Shown here: positions 12,046 through 24,700 of the stretch, piece by piece | How positions within the stretch are numbered: position 1 is the stretch's first letter | How the letters are laid out: each line of letters begins with the position of its first letter | Assembly (NCBI GenBank): GCA_016748015.1 | Contig: JAAOMT010000134.1 | Span: 1,432,757-1,496,756, forward strand | DNA: 64,000 nucleotides | Origin: Geosiphon pyriformis uo1 | Lineage: Eukaryota > Fungi > Glomeromycota | Direction: 5' to 3' | Position numbers and translations under genes: made by a program | Notes under the pieces: generated by a model | The model's input: the letters and a program-made list of their open reading frames with translations, nothing else | What the model was told of the DNA's origin: nothing | The model's database searches: none

Positions 12046-13237
12046 ATACCAATTATAAAACTTGAAAAATTCATTGGCAAAAAAAACAATACTTAAGCAT
12101 GACTAAATAACATAAAAAAAGTCATTACAGTCAATGAATAAAACAATGTCAAAGCTTTTTAAGTTATTTTATACTTTTTGCAAGATACTACAAATTTATA
12201 GTATTAAAGCTTTGTAAACAAACTCCAAGATTTTAACATATTTAAAACCATGTTTTTACAATATTTCAATAATTATAACAGCATCAATTATCTGTTAACT
12301 GGTTTTACTATTATTAAACAAGACAATAATAAAGCAATTATTACTTACTTAGAATGCTTTTACTAGAATTTGCACCAAATCCAAATCATAGATGCTAATT
12401 ACTTTATAATGCCACAAATCCTGAATCAATTTGTTTATAAATTGTATAACAATTTGTTATAATAAATCTGCTTATTATACCCAAACACACTTTAAAATAC
12501 AGTTATTCATGCCAAAAATTTTAAATTAGCTGAACTCAAAGCCAACCATATCCAAATTATAAATTTAGTAATAAAAAAATTATTTGAATTGAATACCAAA
12601 TTGAAACAATTTGATAAAGTAATTAATCAGAAAATTGAAAAATACTTAACTAATAATTAAGAAATTTATTAGTCTTTTAAATGTTATAACAATTTAAAAA
12701 ACTTTAATCAGTTTTAAAATCAGTCATATCTGTTAATATTCTTAGCAAATCAACCATAATAATAAAAAATACATATTTATCACTACTGTAATAATCAAAA
12801 ACACTATAAGACAAAAAAAAATAACCAATAATCAGAAAATTAATATTGAAATCTTAATTACAAGTTTCAAACTTCAAATTACACTAATAACTTGTTATTA
12901 AAACCATACCAATACCAAATTTATTATACACTAATAACACAACAACTAATATATTTATCTCTTATTTATCAGACTCCAATACCAGTAATCTATTAATCAT
13001 AGTCACAAGTAATTTATCAATTTCAACTAATTCAAACACTGTTTTAAAATACTGTGTCAATATCAAGTAAAATTTAAAGACCAAAAATTACTCACACTTA
13101 ACAAAATTAAAGATTGGCAATAGTAATATACCAACCAATTTTCAGTTTATTAAACCAGTCATCAAGATTATACCAAAAAAATTTAAGAAGTGAGTACATT
13201 TAAAATTTGAATTTTCAAAACTATTTAAGTCTTCTGG
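12046..13237 (+). pseudogene. Older, strongly decayed family-B gag remnant
   Basis: Colinear with 61250-63435 (PI.KLEKF, YF.N.NSIN.L, QNYLSLL) once the solo LTR there is removed. Confidence 0.75.
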
Positions 13238-13891
13238 TGTTATAAATAATTATTTGGAATATTAAAACAAATAACAAACCTGTAACTTGGTGCTCAATAG
13301 CAGTTGATAATAGTGATTTCTAAAGATTTTGAAATTTGAAAGTTTTGGTTGAGTTCTTTATATAATAAACAGAAATTTAATTAATAGATTCTTTTGTAAA
13401 TTTTTTTTTAGCATAATAGCCAGTTTATTTTGGCAGTCATGCATTTCTAATAAGCTATTTTTAAGTTTTTTACTCTTGTTTTTAGGTTTTTTACTAGGCT
13501 ATTTTTAACATAAATTATTTAACACTTAATTTTTTTTAATCAATTAGTAAACAACAAAAAAACAAACAAAAAAAAAATAAAAAAAAATAAAAGAAAATAA
13601 GAAAATAAAATAAAAAATTAGTATTTTATTAATAGCTATAATTAGAAATTATTGGTCCAATATAATTAAGTATTAAATTTTATTAACATAAATAGTTAAT
13701 AATACAGATATAATTAATTTTTTTAATTAGATAATAACAATATAAATTAGATAGTAATAGATATTTTATTGAGATATATGTAATTTTACTTTAAGTTATA
13801 GAAAACTATCTTTTGAAAAAAAAGGTATTGAATAATTAATTCTGAACTTAATTATTTTTTTCTGCTTTTAACACTCTTTCTATATATATAT
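13238..13891 (-). repeat. Decayed D/E-type LTR (U5/R side), interrupted at its TATA run
   Basis: Starts TGTTATAAATAATTATTTGG like 17123; ends at TATATATATAT where the next LTR inserted. Confidence 0.7.
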
Positions 13892-14819
13892 TATTACAAG
13901 TGATTATTTGGGATTTGGAAACAAATAACAAACCCATAACTTAATGCTTAATTGATCTGATAATATTGGTAATATTTGAAAGATTTTAGTGAAATCTTTT
14001 GTATAATAGACAAAAATTTAATAATAATATTTTTTAGTGATGTTTCTAGTTTCTTCTTAACCTTTAAATTAATGTGCTTTGTCGTCCATCATTTTTTAGA
14101 ATATCTATATTCTGTCAATTTTTTTCTCAGCTTGATGGCTGGTAATTTCCTGGTAAGCTATCCTCAATTTTAAGTATTTACTCTTATTTCTGGATCTTTT
14201 ACCAATGCTATATTCTGATGTTAGTATCCTGTACATTAATCTTTTAATTAATTAGTAAATCCACAATAAAACAAAACAAAAGAATAAAAATAATAAAAAT
14301 AATAAAAATAATAAAAATAATAAAAATAATAAAAAAAGAAATAAAAAGATAAGCCAAGGCAAAAAAAAGTTGGTATTCTATTAATAGTCATAATTAAGAG
14401 TTATTGGTTCAGTAGAGTTAAGTATCAACAATTATTAACATGAATTGTTGATAATAAAAAGATAGATTGTGATATGTAATAAGTATTTTATTGATATTCA
14501 ATATTTTCATTTCAAGTCATAAAATACTATTGTATAAAGAGATAGATAAGAAATTGAAACTGAAGGTTTTAAAACTAAGAATTCTGTCTTTTCTGCTTTT
14601 AATGCTATCACTATATATAGCATAAATTTTGTTATATGAGATTCCTTAAATTTTTTAATTCTCTAGCCAGAAATCCTGGAATTCCTAGAATTCTGTAATT
14701 TTTTGAGAAAAATCCTGGAATTCTGGAATTCTGAAATCCTGCAATTTCTCTGAAAAGAATCTTGGAATTCTACTTTTATTATGTTTTATTCTAATTGGCT
14801 AATTTGTGTACTAATATAT
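13892..14819 (-). repeat. E-type LTR, interrupted about 25 nt from its end by A2
   Basis: Colinear with solo LTR 31173-32034, including the GGAATTCC(T) array at 14660-14770. Confidence 0.8.
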
Positions 14820-15732
14820 TGTTACAGTTTGAAGTAACAAGCTAACAGATAGCAAGAGAGAACAGGATTGTAGGGTGATAGAAATAATCAAAAGAAATTC
14901 AACTTTAAAAAGCAAATTGAATAAGTATGGATTCAATGTGCGAGATCAGTCTCATAAAATATCTCAGTTGCTATTCTTTTCAAAAGGTAACAAGAGAATC
15001 TGAAGATAGAGGGATAGTCCGTACTGTCAACAATTGATAACTGCTGGTATAATTCTATGCCTCACATTGGTGCTTTTAGAATTTAATATCAGGTATCAAC
15101 TTGTGCTTTTCAATCACATTTATTCAAATAATCTTCAAATGCTACACTTATATGTTTTAGAAAAAAGGTAGGTAAATGCCAACAAGTAATCTTTTATCCC
15201 AAGATGTTCAGATACTTAAAGGTAGGGAAAAAAAAATTAGCAATAAGAAAATAATTGAGATGAAAGTTGTTATTTTATTTATTCTTAATTATTTTGAACA
15301 TATTTTCTATAGCTAAGAGATTCATCACTTATATAGCTGTCAAAAGTGGTTAATAATTAGGTTAATAACTAGGTCAATGATCAGGTCAATAGTCAGGTTA
15401 TTGATCAGGTCAATGATCACTATCTAAAAATAGTGTAACTAATTTATATGACATTAGTAACTAATACATATGATAATTAATAAGAAATATAAGTTTCAAC
15501 TATAACATCATTCTTTTTAAAGAGATTAAGCTCTGGCAAAATCAAGCTATTTATGAGGTAATTTATTTGAAAAGTTTTATTTAACTCAAAGCTAACTAGT
15601 TTGTTGAAGTCTTTTGTGGATAAAATATATAATACTTAAAGCAAAATGATTTTTGTATCCAAGAGACCAAATCTTTGTATTAGAGTTTTAGCTCTTTTAG
15701 CAATAGTTAAAACTCTTAGGACATTTAACCAT

Positions 15733-16425
15733 TGTTACAGGATGGTTTTCTTGTTATATTTAATTGCTGATATCCCGCTTTAATTGCAATCAGTCTTTCA
15801 TGAGTTCCTCAATTCTATTTGTGTGATAATGTTACTGTTACACTGAAGGCTTTCTTTTTACTGTTGCGATGTAAGTTATTCTTTAATTCTTGATTGTTGT
15901 GTGTGTTTATGTACTCCTTCTCAGAGGCTGAACTGAAATCTACCCACTGTTTGGGGTCTTCTCTGAGGCTATCCTTGCAATTGCCTGATGTGTTTCTCTA
16001 ATCTAGAAACACAGAATGTTAATGGTCTTTAGCACTTTTCTAATTCTCACAATAAAGCTTTTATCAATTAGTAACAACGTGAATAATCTTGATCAAGGAT
16101 TATTCTTCCAAGAGATTCAGTTGATGAATGATAGTTTCATTCAATNNNNNNNNNNNNNNNNNNNNNCCAATATTAAAACTACTGTATATATACATGTTTG
16201 TAGTTCTACGAGAAAATACTTTCTTTTTGATATTTCAACCTGGTGCTTGCTGCTATCACCAGTTGGTGTTGGCTGCTATTGTGAACTGGTGCTTGCCACT
16301 ATCGCGAGATGGTGTTTGCTACTATGTTAATCATTACCTTTCTAAGATTATTACTGTGCTATATTATGATTGAATAGTTTGTATTATTTTTATGATTCTT
16401 TTTGCTAAATTCTTAAACCATAACA
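15733..16425 (-). repeat. Apparent solo LTR of family C, TSD CCAT
   Basis: TGTTACAGG...CCATAACA flanked by CCAT/CCAT; homologous to 52912-53752; spans an N gap. Confidence 0.85.
16146..16166. other. Assembly gap (21 N)
   Basis: Run of n in the sequence. Confidence 1.
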
Positions 16426-17122
16426 CCATATAATGCCCAAAATTTTTGCTTGTATTTCTAAAGTTGTTTTCTTTATGAGTTTCATATCCTCTATGATTTC
16501 ATTAAGGCAACCATAGAGTTCTAATTGCCTTCCATATGACAAGTTTTTGTCTATGGGTAAGATTTTTTGGAGTGTTTTTCCAATTGTGTTAAAAGGTGAA
16601 AGTATAGCTGCTATTATACTTTTCAACAGATATTTATCCATTTTACTAACAATTTTTTCTCTTTTAGTAGTAGTTTTTTTTGGCCTAATAACAGTATGTA
16701 TTCTACTGTTATCAGTTATAGTAATTTGTTTTCCAATGGTTAGAGTAGCATTTGGATAGTTTTTAATCCAATACTCATAGAGAGTATAGAAGGCATTTTG
16801 AATGTTTTGATCCAGAAAATAATTGTTTATGTTAATTGAAGATATCTCTGTTTTAGGAATGATGCATTTATTTATACTTGATTTTTGCTGATCATTTGAG
16901 TCGGTATTACCACAACAGGCAGCCAATCAGATTGTTTATGATATTTTTTGAGTCATGTACCATGAATAAGATGATCATTGAAGATTGTTCTGGATTGATC
17001 TTGAAGAATATAAGAACCATTGTTCAAAACTTTGTTGACTATAAAGGGTCCTTTTCATCAGCTAGAGAATTTATTACTATAGACATTGTTTTTGTCTGAA
17101 CAATATTCCAATACCAAGTCAC

Positions 17123-17887
17123 TGTTACAGGTGATTATTTGGGGTCTCAAATCAAATAACAAATCCATAATTTGGTGCTCAATTGATATATAATGTGATT
17201 GGTAATATCTGAAGATATTGTTATCTGAAGGTTTTGGTTGAGTTTTTTGTATAATGAACAGAGATTCAATTGTAATAGTTTTATCTATAGCTTCCCAAAA
17301 TCACAGTTTTGTCAATTTCTTTTTCAGCTTGATGGCTGGTATTCCTCCTGGTAAGCTATCTTCAATCAAGTGTCCTACTCTTATTCTTAGGTCTTTTATC
17401 AGTGCTATATCCTGATGTCAGTACCCTACGTGTTAATCCTCAATAGAGTTAGTAATAATAACAAAATCAAAAATAAAATAAAAGAAAAATAAAATAAAGA
17501 AATAAGCCAAGGCAATATGCAAGTTAGTATTCGTCAATAGCCATGATCAAGAACTATTGTTCCAGTGTGGTTAAGTATCAATTGCTATCAACATGAAGTG
17601 TTGATAGTGAAGAGTGGATTTGGATGGTAAATAATTTATTTATTCAATAGTTGGGAATGAGAAATTTCTAACTAAAAGATTCTGCTTTTTCTATTTCTAA
17701 TGCTACCACTATATATACATAATTGATGTTCTACAAAATTGCTCACATTTCTGAGCAATGTGCTATAATTTCTTAAGCAATGTATCATGATTTCTGATAT
17801 TGCTCCACATTGCTGAGCAATGTGCTCACGTGCTAAATACTATTTTCTTATTGGTCTGCTATATTTGTTTTCTTTTTATGAGTAACA
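17123..17887 (-). repeat. 3' LTR type D
   Basis: TGTTACAGG...GAGTAACA; minus-strand purine tract AAAAAGAGGAAATAA adjacent; reverse complement of 59261-60168. Confidence 0.9.
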
Positions 17888-20005
17888 TTATTTCCTCTTT
17901 TTAATATTGAGCTTTGTCGAAATCTTCGTTTTGAATTAATTTTAATACTTTTTTTTCAAGTATTGTTTGTTCAATTCTGTTCTTCATGTCTTCTACTTGT
18001 GTATTGTTCATTCTTTCTTATTGGTTAATGGTTATGGTTTCCATGTCAAAGTATAATAGTATTTCTGGATAATTCTGAAATATGTTGTGTAGTTGATAAA
18101 TTGTTTTCACATGTAGTATTGAGTTTGTCTTTTTTCCAATGAATTTTTCAATTTGCTGTATTATGTTTTGGTTGAATACTCTCTTGGATTTGTCGATATA
18201 CAACTTCTGAATATTCAACTTTTGACCTAGCTGATAGTAACAGTATAATATTGGAAGTTGTTCTGTCCATTGTTTCCAATTCTCTTTTGTAAGTTTTTCT
18301 GTTGGTGCTATAATAGATATTTTCCCAAAAGTGTTTTTTACTTTTTCTATTATGTTGTCTGACCAGTTTTTATTATTCCTTAGTAACTGCTAATATGGTG
18401 TATTCTTTGTCTTTCTTTTGGTGTTTCAATAGCAAATTGTTTGGTTGTTAACAATAACTTCTATGTCTAAAGATTGTTGACTTAAAGCCTGGAATAATTG
18501 TTGAGCTATGACATAAATATGATCTGATATTTCTATTTTTTTTGGTTGCTTTTGTCACATATACTGTGTCTTTATATATTTTTTTATTGTTTGATTTTTT
18601 ACATGTTTGGTCTAATAATTATGATTGGTTCCAGATCTTGTGGAATCTCATCTGGTTGAACTAGTATTTATTGTATTCCTAATTGTAGAATATTATTGGT
18701 AGATGGTCACACTGTATGGTGATATGGTTTCAGTTGATCACTATGTGCTGCTTTGGCTAAGATTTTGTTGTCCCATCTTAATTTATAAGCTCCATTTCCA
18801 AGAATTTCTTCAATGTAAAATGGTCCATCCCATTTGGGGTCAAATTTCTCACTCCATTGTTTTTCCACTTTAGTATGATGTAGAAGTATTTTGTCTCCAA
18901 TCTTGAATTCAACTGGTTTGTCTGGTAGTTGATTATTGTGTCTCTCTTTTTGTTTTTCTTGTGACTTTTGAATGTTATCAGCTGCTCTTTATCACTTGTT
19001 TTCTAGAGTTTCTATCAAGTTATATGTTCTTCTTAGTAACATTTCCTGAAAATTGTCTTCAGTTATTAATTCTGTTGGATAAGTGTTGACTTCTATCTCA
19101 ACTAGTAATGTTGCTGTTCTACCATATACTAATTCAAATAATGTTGCTTGTGTAGTGTCTTGTTTTATTGTCCAATAAGCAAATAGTACTGACAGTATAA
19201 ACAAATCCCATTCATTCTGATTTTCTTGACTGATCTTGGTGATTGCTTCACACAATGTTTTGTTAAATCTTTTGACTAGTCCATTTGTTTATGGATAATA
19301 TGGTAACGATAATGGTCTTTTTATCTCAAATCTTTGACTTAATTTTGTTAATGTTCTGTTCACAAAGTGAGTTCTTTGATCTGATAATAGTTCTTTTGGA
19401 CATCCATGTCAACAAATCAAATCTTGATGAACAAATTTGGCAACGGATTCTGCATCTGCTTTTTGAATGGCTTTTGCTTCTGGTCATTTAGTGAGATAAT
19501 CCATAGCTACTGCAATATATCTGTTGCCTCTACTGGTAATTGTTAATGATCCAACTAAGTCAATTCCTATGTGATCGAATAGTTGTCCCACTTTAATTGG
19601 TCTTAATGATTCACTTGGTCTTGTTTCTCCTCTTCTTTGATAAACATTTTAATTTTGAACATATTGGATGATATCTCGATACATTGATGGCCAATAATAT
19701 CTTTTTCTGGTTCTTTTTATGGTCGTTTCTTTATGAAAATGTCCTGCTGTTAGATCTGAGTACATATTGAATAATACTGTCTCTTTTTCTGGTTCTGTGA
19801 TTACTCTAATTGATTGATCTGGATTTTTTCTGTTCTTCTGGTAGAGTGTATTTTGATGATTAATAAAATATTTTAATTGTTGTTTTATGTTGTTTTGTTC
19901 CTTTTGAGATAATTTTTCCTTGAATAATTGATTATTTATATAATACTGAAGTTGTTGGTATTTTTGTATGTTTATCTTTTGTTATATTTTTGGGTTAAAA
20001 TGTTT

Positions 20006-21361
20006 TTAGATTTGTCTTATTTGTGATAGTCTGTCAGTATTTCTATTGTCTTTTCCCTTTTTATAATGTACTGTATAATTAAATAGTAAAAGTTCTATTT
20101 TTCATCTGGCATGGTGATTGTCTGCAAATTTTTGTTTCTGGATTGAAGTCAATCCTTTGTGATTGGTGTATACTTTAAACTTTTGGCTCAAGTATTCCTT
20201 TCATTTGATAACAGCCCAATAGATAGCTAAGTGTTTTAGTGCTAGAGTTCTATAGTTCTTTTTAGCTGGGCTTAAGCTTCTACTGGTGTAAGCTACTAGA
20301 TGTTTTCTTCCATCTGATCTTTTCTGTAATAGTACTGCTCCCAATGCTTAACCTGATGCATTGGTGGTGATTATAAATAGTTTGCTATGGTCTGGATACA
20401 TCAATACTGGAGCTTGAATAAGTTTTTTTCTTAATGTGTCAAACACTTCTTGTTAAGCTTCAGTCCATTCATACTTCATATTCTTGGTCTGTAGATGGTG
20501 AAGTGGCTGAGCCAGTTTTGAGAAATCTTTGATAAAATGGCAATAATAGCCTGTAAAACCTAAAAATGCTCTTAGTTCTGTTAAGTTGATTGGTACTGGA
20601 AAGTTTTTAATTACTTCAATCTTGTCTGGGTCCGTTTTAATTCCATTTTTGCTTACTATATGTTTCAAAAACTTGAGTTCAGTTTTTCCAAAGAAACATT
20701 TGGTTGCATTTAGTTTCAATTCTGTTCTTTTCAACCTTTCAAACACTTGTTGGAGATGATGCAGATGATTATCAAATGTTTTTGAGAACACATTGGTGTT
20801 ATCCAAGTATACGACTACTGATTTCCATAGTAATCCAGTATAGATGATTTTTATGAGCTGTTGGAATGTTGCTGGAGTATTCATCAAGCCAAATAGCATA
20901 ACTTCAAACTCAAAATTTTTTTCTCTTGTAATGAACACTGTTTTCTCTTTGTTGGCTGGATCCATGGCTACTTGCCAGTAACCACTATCAAAATCTAGTG
21001 TTGAAAACCATTTATTTCCTCCAAAAGTGTCAAATAGTTCTTGGATCTTTGGAGTTGGATAGTTATTACCTTTTGTTACTTCATTCAGTTTCCGGTAGTC
21101 TACACAAAAACGGATTTTTCCATTTTTCTTATAGACCAGTACTACTGGTGATAACCATAGACTCATTGATAGCTGAATTAGTCCATTGTCAAGCATCCAG
21201 TTAATTTCTTGATGAATGATCTTATGGCTTGTTGGTGGTACTCTGTATGTTCTTTGTTTTATTGGCATTGTATCTCCAATCTTGATCTGATGTTGGATGA
21301 TGTTGGTTTGGCCAAATTCATTTTCGCTGGCAAAAATGTCATTGAAATTGTTGAGTAACAT
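20006..21361 (-). pseudogene. Family-B RT-RNase H
   Basis: RFCVDYRKLN, SGYWQV, YLD(N), TTNASG..LGAVL, VAYTSRSL; TAA at 20006-20008. Confidence 0.9.
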
Positions 21362-21754
21362 CTTGAGTTGTATCTGTTAAAGTGGATCTAGATTCCCCAT
21401 GTTTATCTGTTCCAATTGTTTTGGTTGGAGCAGATAACATTCACTTTTTCTGTAGATAGTTTGTAATGTAATGTCCACATATCCACAAAGCTGTGAAAAA
21501 TCAAGAATATGATCTGGTGGTTGATCCTCAACTTTAGTGGTTAAATATCCAATGATAGTTCCCTTTGGTATTTTGATGACATTTCCCATTGTGTTGTAGA
21601 TGAGAATTTTGATATTTTTGGGGCTTTTGGCTGATATGTAGAGATTAGTAAGTCCAATCTCTCCTGATTCACAAATGGTGGCTTCTGTTTCAAACAACTG
21701 AGTCTGATTCTTTACTTTTCTTTTTATGGCTAACCTATACTGGTCATATGGTGG

Positions 21755-24700
21755 TATTACAGGTTGGAGTAACAAGCTAATAGATAGCAAGGGAAAACAG
21801 GATTGTAGAGTGATAGAAATAATCAAAGAGAATTCAACTTCAATGAGTAAATTGAATGAGTATGGATTTAATGTGTGAGATCAGTTTCATAAAATATCTC
21901 AATCACTATTCTTTTCAAAAGGTAACAAGAGAATCTGAAGGTAGAGGGATAGTCTGTACTGTCAACAATTGATAACTGCTGGTATAATTCTATGTCTCAT
22001 GTCAGTGCTCTTAGAATTCAATATCAAATATCAACTTGTGCTCTTCAGTCACGTTTATTCAAATAATTTTCAAATACTGTAATTACACGTTTCAGGAAAG
22101 TGCCAACAAGTAATCTTTTATCCAAAAGATGTTCAGATACTTAAAGATAGGAAAAGGGAAATTAGCGATAAGAGAATGTTTGAGATAGAAGTTTGTTATT
22201 TTATTTCTTTGATTGTCTTGATTCCTTATATTGATATTTTTCTACAGCTAAGAGACTCATCATTTATATATCTATTGAAAGTGGTCAATGACCAGATCAA
22301 TGATCAGATCAATGATTACTATTTAAAAATAGGGTGGCTAATTATATGACATCAGTGGCTAATACATGTGATAACTAATAAAAACTATGAATTTCAACTG
22401 TAACATTATCCTCTCCAAAGAGATTGAGCTTCAGCAAAATCAAACTATTTAGGGGATACTCTATTTGAAGAATTTTATCTAACTCAAAACTAACTAATTT
22501 GTTGAAGTCTTTTGTGGATAAGGTATATAAAACTTAAGGCAAAATGAGCTTTGTGTTCAAGAAACCAAATCTTTGTATAAAAGTTTTGACTCTTCTTGCA
22601 ATGGTCAAAACTCTTAGAACATCTAATCATACAATGTCCAAAATTTCCACTTGTATTTCAGAAGTTGTTTTCTTCATGAGCTTTATGTCTTCTATGATTT
22701 TACCAAGGTGCCCATAGAGTTTTAATTGTCTTTTATATGACAAGTTTTTGTCTATAGACAAGATTTCTTTAATTGTTTTTCCAATTGTGATGGAAGGTGC
22801 AAGTATTGCTGCTGTTATACTTTCTAGCAAATACTAATCCATTTTGCTACCAATTCTTTCTCTTTTGGTAGTTGTTTTCTTTGGTTTGATAACAGTATGT
22901 ATTCCATTGTTGTCAGTTATTGTAGTTTGTTTTTCAATGGTCAGAGTAGCATTTGGATAGTTTTTAATCCAATATTCATAAATAGTATAGAAAGTGTTTT
23001 GAATGTTTTGATCCAGAAAATAATTGTTTATGTCAATTGAAGATACCTCTGTTTTGGGAGTGATGCATTTATTTATATCTGATTTTTGCTGATCATTTGG
23101 GTCAGTATTATCACAACAGATAACCAATCAGATTGTTTGTAATATTTCTTAAGTCACATGCCATGAACAGGACGATCATTAAAGATTGTTCCAGATTGAT
23201 CTTGAAGAATATAAGAACCATTGTTCAGAACTTTTTTGACTATAAAGGGTTCTTTCCATCAGCTAGAGAATTTATTACCATAGACATTGTCTTTGTCTGA
23301 ACAGTATTCCAAAACCAAGTTACCAATACTTAAGAAAAGTGTTTTATAGGTTTTCTTTTTCTTAAGCTTCTCTTGGAACTGTTTTATCTTTTCAAAGACA
23401 ATTATCCGTGCCTCTACCAATGAGTCAAGAATAGTACCAAGTTTTTTTTGCAAAATGTCTTTGTAATTCCCTATTGTGATTTCTTCAAAGAGTATTGTTT
23501 CAATATCAGTTTCTATTGGTAGTATTGCTATTTGTCCATAGAGCAGGTAAAAGAGTTCATAACTTGTTATGTCATGATTCACAGTTCTATAAGCAAACAA
23601 AGCTAAAGACAGTACTTTGTCTCATAAATTTGTTTTTTCACTTGTTTTGGCTAAGGTTTCATACAGTGTTCTATTGAAATGTTCCACTAGGCCATTTGTT
23701 TGGGGATGATAAGGGGAGAAAAGTTTGTGACGTATTCCTATTTTTCTACAAAGTTCTTCAACCAGTGTACTAAGAAAAGCTTTTTCTCTATCAGATAAAA
23801 GTTTTTTGAAGCAGCCATAATGACAAATGATATCTTCATAAATGAAATTAACAATGGAAACTGCTGTTTGATCTGGGGTGGCTCTTGCTTCTATCCACTT
23901 TGTAAGATAATTAGTAGCTGTGATAATATATTTGTTGCCATCAGAAGTTACTGTTAATGGTTCAACAACATCTGTACCAATTCTGTTAAAGGGTTGGCCA
24001 ATAAAAATTGGATAGATGTTTTCTTTGCGATTGAGTTTTTCTCTTTTTTGGCAGGTATTACAGGTTTTGATGTACTCAGCAATGTCTTTTCCCAAAGTAG
24101 GCCAATAATAGTAAGGTAAAGTTTTCTGAATTGTTTTTGTTTTTTTAAAGTGTCCAGCTAATGGATCAGTGTGCATGTTGTAGATCACAATTTCTCTTTT
24201 TTCAAATCTTATGACTCTCTGGAAGCAGTTAGAATTTTTTCTATTTCTTTTATATAATTGGTTCTGGCAGATCAAATAAAAATTTGATTGTTTGTGCAAA
24301 TGTTCTCTTTGCTGTCAAGTGTATTCTGGTGAGTATTGTTCTTTACCCAAAAATTCCATTAAGACAGAGTAGTTGTCCAAGTCTATTATCATGTTTGGTT
24401 GTAAGAAAATTACTAATAATTAGGTTGGTTTGGTTTGGGAGGTTGTACTGTTACTTGGTGGTAAGTCTGGAGAGAGCATCAGCATTTTGATGATTAGCTT
24501 CTTTATGGTGTTGAATATTATAGTTGAATTCATCCAAGTGGAGTATCTAGCGGGCTATTTGTTTATGTTCTAGCTTTTTCTTGTTACACAGCCAAACCAA
24601 AGCTTGGTGATCTGTTACTACCAAAAACTTCACACCAAGAAGATACTTATCCCAGTAGCTGGTAGCCCAAACTACTGCTAAGCATTCCTGCTCAGTAACT

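Larger units (their letters stand above)
14820..17122 (-). mobile_element. Family-A copy A2, 3' fragment (3' LTR 14820-15507, ORF4, integrase tail)
   Basis: Colinear with 606-2270; ORF4 reads 16405-16926 and continues after the solo-C insertion. Confidence 0.88.
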
